Source: a virus (lineage: Duplodnaviria; Caudoviricetes). Taken from it: a stretch of DNA of 57,741 nt. Within the stretch, counting starts at the first letter, position 1. Each line of letters starts with the position of its first letter. The notes beneath the pieces are model-generated. The model was not told the origin of the DNA, did no database searches, and was given only the letters and a program-made list of their open reading frames with translations. The translations under genes were made by a program, and so were the position numbers. The stretch is from positions 1-57,741 of the IMG/VR virus record IMGVR_UViG_3300042983_000003; one strand, 5' to 3'. Below, in pieces: positions 1 through 7,336 of the stretch.

Positions 1-198
1 CCCAGGCGGCGTCCCAGGCGGCGGCCCTGGCCCAGGCGGCGTCCCAGGCGGCGGCCCTGGCCCAGGCGGCGGCCCAGGCGGCGTCCCAGGCGGCGTCCCA
101 GGCGGCGGCCCTGGCCCTGGCGGCGTCCCAGGCGGCGTCCCAGGCGGCGGCCCTGGCCCTGGCGGCGGCCCTGGCGGCGGCCCAGGCGGCGGCCCAGC
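1..198. repeat. Coding tandem repeat (AAWD/AARA units), left end
   Basis: Units such as cccaggcggcgt and ccctggcggcgg; 1-125 identical to 57495-57619. Confidence 0.95.
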
Positions 199-526
199 GC
201 TGTAGCTCCTCGGATCGCCGAGCGCCGTCCGGGATCGCGAAGATCCGACGCAGATCCTCGACGAGGCGCGCGTGCTCGGCGCAATCCTCTGGACGTCCCG
301 CGAGATGCGAGACCAGGGCGGCACTGTCGATCGCGTACTTCCGCGCCGCCGTCTCGTCGCGATACCACAGCGCTCGACAGACCACCCACAGGCGATCGTC
401 GAGCGAAAGCGAATCGTCGAGCGCGATCTCTCGCGGCGCCGCTGAGGTACGCCCGCGAGCCAGCGCGTGGATCGCGCCGTCGTCGTAACACGCGCCCCAC
501 CCCCGCAGGAGCCTTGCGGTGATCAC
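1..526 (-). CDS. 5' part of Ala/Trp-repeat protein, continuing across the junction to 57313
   Basis: GTG at 526 overlaps upstream stop; MITARLLRGWGACYDD...ELQRWAAAWAAARA...; open to the window edge. Confidence 0.85.
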   Translation of the reverse strand, partial: MITARLLRGWGACYDDGAIHALARGRTSAAPREIALDDSLSLDDRLWVVCRALWYRDETAARKYAIDSAALVSHLAGRPEDCAEHARLVEDLRRIFAIPDGARRSEELQRWAAAWAAARAAARARAAAWDAAWDAARARAAAWDAAWDAAWAAAWARAAAWDAAWARAAAWDAAW

Positions 527-819
527 GAGGCGCTCCCCGGGTCCACCACGTCGATGCAGCTGGTCAGGTCGCGATCGGTCTGGATCCGGCCGACCTGCAT
601 GGCCTCGCGGATCGCGGGCACGGCCCACGCGGCGGGGTAGCGCTCCGCCCAGGCGTCGCACGGTCGGCCCGCGAATCGCGCGCTCTGACCGGCCTCCTGC
701 GCGAGGTCCTCGACGCGCTTGGGGTCGGCGCCGGCGATGTGCTCGACCAGCGCCTGCTCGAGGTAGGCGCTGGCCTTGGCGACGTGGCGGGCGATCGCCC
801 GGGGGGATTGGGAGATCAC
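523..819 (-). CDS. Hypothetical protein
   Basis: 4-bp overlaps on both sides, normal composition. Confidence 0.7.
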   Translation of the reverse strand: MISQSPRAIARHVAKASAYLEQALVEHIAGADPKRVEDLAQEAGQSARFAGRPCDAWAERYPAAWAVPAIREAMQVGRIQTDRDLTSCIDVVDPGSAS

Positions 820-1136
820 GAGCGCACCGCCATGCCGAGATCCTCGCGCGTCCAGTCCTCACGGGCCACGTAAACGCCAGCAACGATCTGACCGATTCGA
901 CCGGCGACCCCGTACACGATGCCATCGGCATCTGCCTCGATCTGACGGGTGCCATCATCGTATTGGTCGAGCTGGAGCAGGCCCGATGCGGTGAGCAACG
1001 CGCCGTCCCGGCCGTTGGGGCGGACCTCGTACTCATCCCCGTCGATCGTGATCGATCCGACCCAGTCACCGAGGTTGTCGCGCTCAGCGCCACAGGTTGA
1101 TCTGGTTGCGATACCGTGGAAAGTCGGGTTGCCCAT
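816..1136 (-). CDS. Hypothetical protein
   Basis: ATG directly downstream of a sigma-54-like promoter; coupled to next gene. Confidence 0.75.
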   Translation of the reverse strand: MGNPTFHGIATRSTCGAERDNLGDWVGSITIDGDEYEVRPNGRDGALLTASGLLQLDQYDDGTRQIEADADGIVYGVAGRIGQIVAGVYVAREDWTREDLGMAVRS

Positions 1137-1148
1137 GTTCTCATCTAC

Positions 1149-1164
1149 TGCTCCCCGCGTGCCA
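1149..1164 (-). promoter_or_regulatory. Sigma-54-type -24/-12 promoter, leftward
   Basis: TGGCACG-CGGG-GAGCA, GG-N10-GC spacing. Confidence 0.6.
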
Positions 1165-1217
1165 ACCCGCGCCCGCAGGATCTCGCGCGCAACTCACTGG
1201 ATTCGCGGTCTCGAATC

Positions 1218-1294
1218 CATGACGCGGTGCTCGCGATCGGTCCGGAGTGACGCAAGCCCGGCACACCCCTGGATACGGCTCGCAACACTCCGGA
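1218..1294. promoter_or_regulatory. Repeated cis-element, copy 1
   Basis: CATGACGCG-N14-TCCGGAGTG-N12-CACACCCCTGGAT-N11-CACTCCGGA; second copy at 55592-55667. Confidence 0.7.
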
Positions 1295-1348
1295 CCGGCG
1301 CGACTCGAACGTGGCAAGTCGAGTCGCGAGGTTGGCGGGTATCGAAAC

Positions 1349-1364
1349 TGGCACGCGGGAAGCA
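1349..1364 (+). promoter_or_regulatory. Sigma-54-type -24/-12 promoter, rightward
   Basis: TGGCACG-CGGG-AAGCA, GG-N10-GC spacing. Confidence 0.6.
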
Positions 1365-1376
1365 GTAGAGAGGAAC

Positions 1377-1784
1377 ATGCAAACGAACCTCTCGACGGAC
1401 AACACCCTCTACCTCTACATGGCAGACCGCTCGCCCACGGGATGCGCGACTGCCGTGCTCTGCACGCTCGAGAGCGGAGTCTGGGGCTACACGCCCGTCG
1501 GGCAGCGGACGCGCTGCGCATGCGTCGACGGAGAGAAGCTCTACGCTACCGAGGGTCAGGCGACGCTCGCCGCAAGGTTTCGCTGGCGCTGCAACGGCAG
1601 CAACATGCAGGAGTTGCGCGCGTGGCACCGCCCCACTCCCGCGCTCATCGTGACAGTCGTGCTGGACGGGCGGACATCGTGTCTCGGTCAGCCGGTCACC
1701 TGCGGTGGGGCTCGGCTGGCTAGCGGGTACTGCACCCGCTGCGCGCCGGGTTCTCGCGCCGCTGAGTCCGAGGTCCGCTCGTGA
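1377..1784 (+). CDS. Hypothetical Cys-rich protein
   Basis: GAGG then ATG at 1377; coupled to next gene. Confidence 0.7.
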   Translation: MQTNLSTDNTLYLYMADRSPTGCATAVLCTLESGVWGYTPVGQRTRCACVDGEKLYATEGQATLAARFRWRCNGSNMQELRAWHRPTPALIVTVVLDGRTSCLGQPVTCGGARLASGYCTRCAPGSRAAESEVRS

Positions 1785-2029
1785 CCGCCGCTCGCGACCA
1801 CCGCCTCGAACTCCTCACTGTGATCGCCCGCCAGATCCTCGGCATGGCAGTCACTGGCCCGGTTGACCATGAGCGCGTCGAGTTCTGCACCGCGGGCAGG
1901 TACTCGACCGCCGACCTCAAGTCGGCTCTCGCGATGCTCCACGCTGGCGGCATGATCAACTACCGCGCTGGCAAGTACTACGCGGTTACAACCACCGAGC
2001 AGATCGCGGCGGCTGGAGGTGAGTCGTGA
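1781..2029 (+). CDS. Hypothetical, possible winged-helix protein
   Basis: GTGA overlap; helix then short beta-hairpin pattern (LKSALAMLHAGGMINYRAGKYY). Confidence 0.6.
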   Translation: MTAARDHRLELLTVIARQILGMAVTGPVDHERVEFCTAGRYSTADLKSALAMLHAGGMINYRAGKYYAVTTTEQIAAAGGES

Positions 2030-2245
2030 TGCCGGGCGACCCGGCCCGTACCGCAGGCCCGGCCACCCACGGCGCAGGACCTGCTCGCGGAACGGCGGTC
2101 GGTCGTGCAGGAGCAGCGGCTCGAGCGCGACCCGGTGGCGCGCGGCGTGCTCCAGTACCAGATCGACGAGCTGGACCGGCAGATCAAGGCGCTGGCGCAG
2201 CGCACAGCGGCTGCGTTCCGGGCAGAGACGGCGGTGCGGTCGTGA
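2026..2245 (+). pseudogene. Small coiled-coil gene with apparent frameshift
   Basis: RBS and GTG at 2026, but the protein-like frame (AQDLLAERR...QIDELDRQIKAL...AVRS*) is +1 and has no start. Confidence 0.45.
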
Positions 2246-2261
2246 GCAAGGCGAGTGCGAA

Positions 2262-2453
2262 GTGAAGTGCGGCGTGTGTCGTGCTCCACTGACCGTGCGC
2301 GGCTACAGGACCAAGCGCGGTCGGCGGTCGCCGCTGTACCAGCCGTGCCCGCGGATCAACGATCCGGCGCATCACCCAGCGGCGGCGAAGCGCTACGTAG
2401 AGGGCGCGACCGTCATCAGGCCGTCCGAGCGCAGCAAGGCGGGTGCGAGGTGA
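2262..2453 (+). CDS. Small Zn-finger-like protein
   Basis: CxxC...C...HH; GTGA overlaps. Confidence 0.6.
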   Translation: MKCGVCRAPLTVRGYRTKRGRRSPLYQPCPRINDPAHHPAAAKRYVEGATVIRPSERSKAGAR

Positions 2454-2678
2454 TCCGGTTCGCCGTCCGCGTCGGTCGGATGCGACGGTATCGCCTGTCC
2501 CATCTGCGGCGCTGCCGTCGGTGTCGAATGCACCTATGGGCTCGGCTATGACGCGCCCAAGTGGCGCGGGCCAGGCGGTCAGCAGTACCCCGGCCGGGTC
2601 CACACACGCAGGCTGATGCGATTCCATGCCCCATCACCGACTGACCAGCGGACTCCTGCCCCGAGAGCGCGTCACTAG
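2450..2678 (+). pseudogene. Zn-finger protein gene with apparent frameshift near 2480
   Basis: GTG frame MIRFAVRVGRM; +1 frame IACPICGAAVGVEC...VHTRR ends TAG 2676-2678. Confidence 0.5.
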
Positions 2679-2768
2679 CGCTGTCGGGACTGCATCCGCT
2701 CCGACTTTCGTCGGCCCCTTTTACCGCTCGGCATTCCGCCGAGCGTCTACTGTCAGAAGGACAACAAC

Positions 2769-3257
2769 ATGTACGCAATCATCTGTCTCCACACAGACAA
2801 GGTACTCCGTAGCTGGAGCTACCTCGCTACCTCTGATGACGCCACGACGCTGGTACGGCGCACCCGCGACGAGATGGCGGCCTCCGACGGCTTGGTGGTC
2901 CTCTGTACGCCACCCGAGACGGCGGCGGAACGCGACGTCCGAATGGGACGCGAACCAGCCGTCACGATGCTCAAGCCATCTGACCTCGCCGAGCTTCCGA
3001 GCCATTGCGGTCTCGACCCCGATAACATGGTCGCGCTCGAGGCGCAGTTCAACGCTGCGATCCGCGACGCGCATGCGCGCGATTACTGGCCGGCTCGGGT
3101 CGGTTCGCACCGCGATACCATCACCGGAGCGGAGGTGGCCGAGATGGCACGGCGCTACCGCGCCATGGGATGGGATGTCGAAACTCCCAATCGCCAGGAG
3201 GACTGGGTCGCCCTGATCCGCAAGCCTGCCCCCTCCCAGAGCACCAATGTGTCATAG
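2769..3257 (+). CDS. Hypothetical protein
   Basis: AAGGA RBS, ATG, normal composition. Confidence 0.75.
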   Translation: MYAIICLHTDKVLRSWSYLATSDDATTLVRRTRDEMAASDGLVVLCTPPETAAERDVRMGREPAVTMLKPSDLAELPSHCGLDPDNMVALEAQFNAAIRDAHARDYWPARVGSHRDTITGAEVAEMARRYRAMGWDVETPNRQEDWVALIRKPAPSQSTNVS

Positions 3258-3331
3258 CCACCCGGGCCATGGCGCCCATCGGTAGCACCTCGTCGAGGTG
3301 CACTGACCGACGAGGCGACTACAGGACTACC

Positions 3332-3436
3332 ATGTACCACACCATCCTCCTGATCCTCGCGCTCGTCGGCGCGAGCTACACCCTCGGCAACCTGCACGGC
3401 GCGCGACGACAGCGCCGGATTGGAGATGGACAATGA
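3332..3436 (+). CDS. Small membrane peptide
   Basis: AGGA RBS; hydrophobic ILLILALVG. Confidence 0.6.
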   Translation: MYHTILLILALVGASYTLGNLHGARRQRRIGDGQ

Positions 3437-3612
3437 TCGACAAGTGCATTCCCGGCAAGCGGCTCCGCAACTGGCATCGCAACAGCGGTGCGGACTGGGC
3501 CCCGTTGCGCGCCTATGCCCGATCCCTCGCGCGGACCGCAGACACCGCGGCGGACCGCGCGAGACAGGTCGTCGCCCGCGCGTGGCTCGCGGGCAAGGGC
3601 GTGCGACCATGA
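3433..3612 (+). CDS. Hypothetical 59-aa protein (not in ORF track)
   Basis: ATGA overlaps at both ends; MIDKCIPGKRLRNW...GVRP. Confidence 0.65.
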   Translation: MIDKCIPGKRLRNWHRNSGADWAPLRAYARSLARTADTAADRARQVVARAWLAGKGVRP

Positions 3613-3875
3613 CCGAGCCACCGACCATCGACATCCGGCCGCCGGCACTGCCCGAGTACTCGATCGCGTTGCTCCGGGCGGATGCTTGCCACCGCGATGA
3701 TCCTGCGATGATCGCGCTCTGCGACGTCGCGCTCGGGCGCGCACCGGACGATCGCGACCTCGAGCGCCTCGACCCAGGAGCCGCCGACAGCTTGGCCCGG
3801 CTGACCCGGCGCGATGCGATTGTTCTGCTCGCCAAGCAGACGTGCACGATCCCACAGCGCGGAGGTGCCCGGTGA
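3609..3875 (+). CDS. Hypothetical protein
   Basis: Coupled overlaps. Confidence 0.65.
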   Translation: MTEPPTIDIRPPALPEYSIALLRADACHRDDPAMIALCDVALGRAPDDRDLERLDPGAADSLARLTRRDAIVLLAKQTCTIPQRGGAR

Positions 3876-4102
3876 GCGACACCCGGATCCTCGACTACGC
3901 GCGCGCCCACACGGCTCACAAGCTCGTGGGGCAGGCGGTCGCGCAGCTGCAGATCGCGCGCGCCGAGATCAGCGTGATCGAGGGCGAAGCGAGCGAGGGC
4001 GTCGCGATCGCCAACGCTGCGCTCGCGGCTGCGCGCGACCTCTACGCTACGCTGGGCAACATCCAGGCCCGGCGCCTGCGCGCGGCGGAGCGTGCGACAT
4101 GA
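3872..4102 (+). CDS. Helical hypothetical protein
   Basis: GGAGG RBS, GTG. Confidence 0.65.
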   Translation: MSDTRILDYARAHTAHKLVGQAVAQLQIARAEISVIEGEASEGVAIANAALAAARDLYATLGNIQARRLRAAERAT

Positions 4103-4302
4103 GGATCGATCGCCACGACCTCTGGGGCTGGGCACAGGTCGTCCTCGTCCTCGCCGCGATCTACGCAGTAGCTCTCGCCCCGGTGGTGCTCGACTGGTAC
4201 CGGTGGTGGATCGGCGGCCTGGCCGCCACGGGCATCGTGCTGGCGATCGCCGCTGCGGTGATCCTGCGCACGATCTACGGGAGGATTCTATGGTGGCGCT
4301 GA
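4099..4302 (+). CDS. Two-TM membrane protein
   Basis: Two hydrophobic segments. Confidence 0.65.
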   Translation: MRIDRHDLWGWAQVVLVLAAIYAVALAPVVLDWYRWWIGGLAATGIVLAIAAAVILRTIYGRILWWR

Positions 4303-4393
4303 TCGTGACCTGCTGCATGATCCCGACGCAGCCACGCCCGGCGCAGGTGCGCACGGGATACATGAGCGACGGGCTCAAAAGGAGCGTGCGCAG

Positions 4394-4768
4394 ATGAGCG
4401 TCGTCATGGTCCCGATCATCTGCGCCTGCGCATGGACCGGCGAGGTGCCGACGGTGGGCGCGTGTCCAGGCTGCGGCGCGGACCACACCTTCCGGGTCAC
4501 GACGGTGCGGCTCAAGGCGCTGCGAGCCTACGCGGCAGCGGCGGCGCCCGGAGCCCGGCGCCCTGAAGTCAACCCGTCAACGCGCCACTGGCTTCTACAC
4601 CCAGCGCACCGCCTGATCGCCCCACCGGCGCGCGGGATGGACTGCCGACCGACCGTGGACGGCGAGCGCGTGCTCGTCGCCGCCCAGCTGGCCGAGCACG
4701 AGGCGGGGCTCAAGCGCGAGCTCGTCGCCGAGAGCGTGGCCCGGCACGCCCAGATCGACGAGCCATGA
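4394..4768 (+). CDS. Zn-ribbon protein
   Basis: AAGGAG RBS; CxC...CPGC. Confidence 0.65.
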   Translation: MSVVMVPIICACAWTGEVPTVGACPGCGADHTFRVTTVRLKALRAYAAAAAPGARRPEVNPSTRHWLLHPAHRLIAPPARGMDCRPTVDGERVLVAAQLAEHEAGLKRELVAESVARHAQIDEP

Positions 4769-4968
4769 GGGATGACCAGGTGCAGCCTCCGGCCAATGCG
4801 TCGCGGCGGCTCACCAGCTACCACGAGCCGGCGACGCTCGTGCTGATCGCGCGCGTGGGGATGCTCTACTTCCTGCTTGACTACATCGGACTCGCCATCC
4901 GATCAGCCGCAGTGAGCGCGTGCTACAGCAGGGCGAGCAGGGCGAGCAGGGCGCGGCGGGCGCGGTGA
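4765..4968 (+). CDS. Small hypothetical, one hydrophobic segment
   Basis: ATGA overlap. Confidence 0.4.
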   Translation: MRDDQVQPPANASRRLTSYHEPATLVLIARVGMLYFLLDYIGLAIRSAAVSACYSRASRASRARRAR

Positions 4969-5036
4969 GCCGTGAGCTCGTCGGATCCGCGATGCCACGC
5001 GGATCCCGCGGGCCATCACGGCCCAAGGAGCGGAAT

Positions 5037-5185
5037 ATGAAGAAACTGAAGAGACTCAAGATCGACAAGCTCACGGTCCGGCTGCTCGACGCAGACAACA
5101 TGCACGCGGTGGCCGGGGGGGGGGCGAGACCTCCCCGTGCACCGGGACGTGCCTGACCAGAGGTCAGTGCCCGATGCCGCCGTGA
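5037..5185 (+). CDS. RiPP (class I lanthipeptide-like) precursor 1, frameshifted at a G10 tract
   Basis: AAGGAG RBS; leader MKKLKRLKIDKLTVRLLDADNMHAVAGG; with G8 or G11 the core reads GETSPCTGTCLTRGQCPMPP* (TGA 5183-5185); as assembled it stops at 5156. Confidence 0.75.
5115..5124 (+). repeat. G10 homopolymer
   Basis: Ten consecutive G; the longest run noticed in the window. Confidence 0.95.
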
Positions 5186-5237
5186 CGTGGTAGGCTGACC
5201 GCGGGCCTGGCCCACGAGGTCGCCCAACGGCGGCCGA

Positions 5238-5271
5238 ACCCGGCGAGGCACCATCGGAACCCTCGCCGGGT
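5238..5271. terminator. Hairpin between convergent genes
   Basis: ACCCGGCGAGG-N12-CCTCGCCGGGT; no U-tract. Confidence 0.45.
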
Positions 5272-5582
5272 CATCTCGCCCACATCACTGCGCCGATCGC
5301 CGCGAGCGCCTCGTCGATACTCGTGACCACCGTCGGCATCGTGCCCTTCCACTCGCGCCGCCACTTGGTCTGCGCTGCGGTCAGGTGACCCTCGCCGGTG
5401 TTGTACTTTCCGCCGCCCTTCGTGTCGGGGTTCTTGACCTCGATCAGCCTCAGCTTGCCGCGATACTCGACCAGGAGATCCGGCACGCCGGCGCCATCGA
5501 GCTGCTGCACCGCTGCCCCAACGGCTCGGAGCGCGGCTACGATGGGGGCCTCGTTGGCGTCGCGTCGCTTCGCGTGGTTCAT
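5271..5582 (-). CDS. VRR-NUC / PD-(D/E)XK nuclease (resolvase-like)
   Basis: GVPDLLV...IEVK...LTAAQ. Confidence 0.85.
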   Translation of the reverse strand: MNHAKRRDANEAPIVAALRAVGAAVQQLDGAGVPDLLVEYRGKLRLIEVKNPDTKGGGKYNTGEGHLTAAQTKWRREWKGTMPTVVTSIDEALAAIGAVMWAR

Positions 5583-5761
5583 GCGCCGACCTCCGGGCGC
5601 TCGACGCGGTGATCCATCGCGACCTCGCCGCACCTCGCGCACTGGTCGAGCGTGCGGTCCGGAGGGCGCCACACCGCCTTGCCGGCGACGCGTTCGGGCG
5701 GCTGCGCTGGCGGTCGCCTGGCGAACTCGCCGCGCGACCCGTCGGCACAGAACAAGCTCAT
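5579..5761 (-). CDS. Hypothetical protein
   Basis: ATGA overlaps; CxxC...H. Confidence 0.5.
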   Translation of the reverse strand: MSLFCADGSRGEFARRPPAQPPERVAGKAVWRPPDRTLDQCARCGEVAMDHRVERPEVGA

Positions 5762-5958
5762 TCGGCGGCTCCGGTCCCGAGTATGTCGGCGAGCATCGCG
5801 CGCGCATCCGCGTCGATCCTGATGATGGGCGCCTCCTTGGCCACCTGCAGGCTGTATACAGCCTCGGACGCCATCTCGACGGCGCGCCAGACCGGACATC
5901 CCATGCCGCGCCCCCGCACGAATTCTGCGGCCCAGACGGCGCGCTCTCCCGATGTCAT
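5758..5958 (-). CDS. Hypothetical protein
   Basis: ATGA overlaps. Confidence 0.6.
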   Translation of the reverse strand: MTSGERAVWAAEFVRGRGMGCPVWRAVEMASEAVYSLQVAKEAPIIRIDADARAMLADILGTGAAE

Positions 5959-6323
5959 CCGGCCCTCCATGCGCGCGCCCGCGTCGTCTTGCCGGCCGCC
6001 TTGGCGCCGCGCTTGATCTTCGTCAGTTCAGCGAGCGCTTGCTCGTGGGTGATCTCGCCGGCCTTTATTCGCGCGACCAGCGCGGCACGAACCTGCATCG
6101 AGTCGGCTACCTCGCCAGCGGCCTCGGCTGCATTCACCGCAGCGCGCTTGCAGAGCTTCGCGCTGCACGTCTGGCCCGCCTTCGAGCCGCGCAGCACGTA
6201 GTCGCACAGTAGCGTGTGCTCACGGCTCTTGCAGACCGAGCACGGAGGTCGCTCCTTGCGGCGCCCGCGCGAGCACGACCACATCACGTCGCCGTTGCCG
6301 AGGTAAATGCGGACGCAGGTCAC
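5955..6323 (-). CDS. Cys-rich Zn-binding protein
   Basis: CSVC...LLCDY...TCSAKLC. Confidence 0.7.
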   Translation of the reverse strand: MTCVRIYLGNGDVMWSCSRGRRKERPPCSVCKSREHTLLCDYVLRGSKAGQTCSAKLCKRAAVNAAEAAGEVADSMQVRAALVARIKAGEITHEQALAELTKIKRGAKAAGKTTRARAWRAG

Positions 6324-7336
6324 GCGAGCCCCGCGATCGGCAGCGAGCCGCGGTCACCGAGCCGGCGCGGGGAGAACCGAGCCCCGCTCCATGCCTCCCA
6401 CGGGATCCGCTTGTCGTACGCCTGGATCACCCAGCGCTGGAACCCGACCAGCTCGGGGGTGCGCACGAACGGCATCGGGTACGGCCGCGCGCCGAACTCG
6501 CGTAGCAGGCGCCGCCGGTGATCGCGGTTCGCGTGCGTCTCGCCGGCCGCGTAGCCGACGAGCATGTAGACCATGATGTGGTCGGGCTTCACGCCGTGCG
6601 CGACGAGCCGATCGAGGCCGCGGAACAGCACGCGCTCGTCGCCGAGCGAGTCCCATGCCGTGTAGACCCGCCGCTCGCGCATATCGTCGGCCCGGTAGTC
6701 GACGCTGGCGATCGCGGCCGCGGCCTCGTCGCTCAGGATCCGCGCGTTGATCCCCTGCACGAAGCTGACGCGGAACTTCCCGTCGCGGATCTCGGTGATG
6801 CGGTCGCGCCAGTCCGCGCCGCCGAAGAAATCGTTATCGAGCAGCAGCAGGTGACGCGGCCACGGCGCGCCGCGCCAGATCTCGGCGACCGTCCCGTTGG
6901 CGCGGGCCCGGCCTTCCTTGCGGGGCACGACACAAAAGTCGCAGCGGAACCGGCAACCACGCATCGTGAAGCCAATCGACTGCCGCCAGTCCGGGTAGTC
7001 CGTGTAGTCGACCGGCCCGTCCGGGATCCCGACGTCGGCGAGCGTGCGGCCGAGGCTCCACGAACCGGTGCCGCCGATGATGCAGTCGGGGTGAAGCGCG
7101 GTGATCCGCTCGACGAGCGGTCGCGTGCGCTCGAAGATCGCAGACGCGTAGACGCGATCCCATGTCGGATCGCCGAACTGCGGCTCGATCTCGCGGTGTG
7201 CCGCGGCGTCCAGCGCGGCGCCGTTGCTCACCCGACGCAGGACGACGACGTCGCTGAGCGCGCGGTGGTGCGCGGCCAGACGCATGAGGGCGAGGTTCGG
7301 CAGCTTGCCGTCGAGATGCCACAGCAAGACGTTCAC
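6320..7336 (-). CDS. Radical SAM protein (phage type)
   Basis: RGCRFRCDFC CxxxCxxC; N-terminal PNLALM and GGTG motifs; LLDNDFF. Confidence 0.9.
   Translation of the reverse strand: MNVLLWHLDGKLPNLALMRLAAHHRALSDVVVLRRVSNGAALDAAAHREIEPQFGDPTWDRVYASAIFERTRPLVERITALHPDCIIGGTGSWSLGRTLADVGIPDGPVDYTDYPDWRQSIGFTMRGCRFRCDFCVVPRKEGRARANGTVAEIWRGAPWPRHLLLLDNDFFGGADWRDRITEIRDGKFRVSFVQGINARILSDEAAAAIASVDYRADDMRERRVYTAWDSLGDERVLFRGLDRLVAHGVKPDHIMVYMLVGYAAGETHANRDHRRRLLREFGARPYPMPFVRTPELVGFQRWVIQAYDKRIPWEAWSGARFSPRRLGDRGSLPIAGLA

Noticed and set aside
1-198. Terminal repeats as a CRISPR array or physical terminal repeats
   Set aside because: No unique spacers; units are in-frame coding repeats, and the 67-bp overlap fits assembly circularisation
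2027-2453. TGA read-through or recoding, since protein-like frames continue after the TGA at 2027 and 2451
   Set aside because: Most genes end in TGA with GTGA/ATGA coupling and no suppressor tRNA is present; local frameshifts are simpler
4920-5156. 78-aa ORF as given in the track
   Set aside because: The RBS supports ATG 5037; the upstream part overlaps another ORF and is low-complexity
6320-7336. Radical SAM protein as dedicated maturase of the precursors
   Set aside because: Opposite strand, different operon, no recognisable RRE or SPASM domain; kept only as a minor alternative
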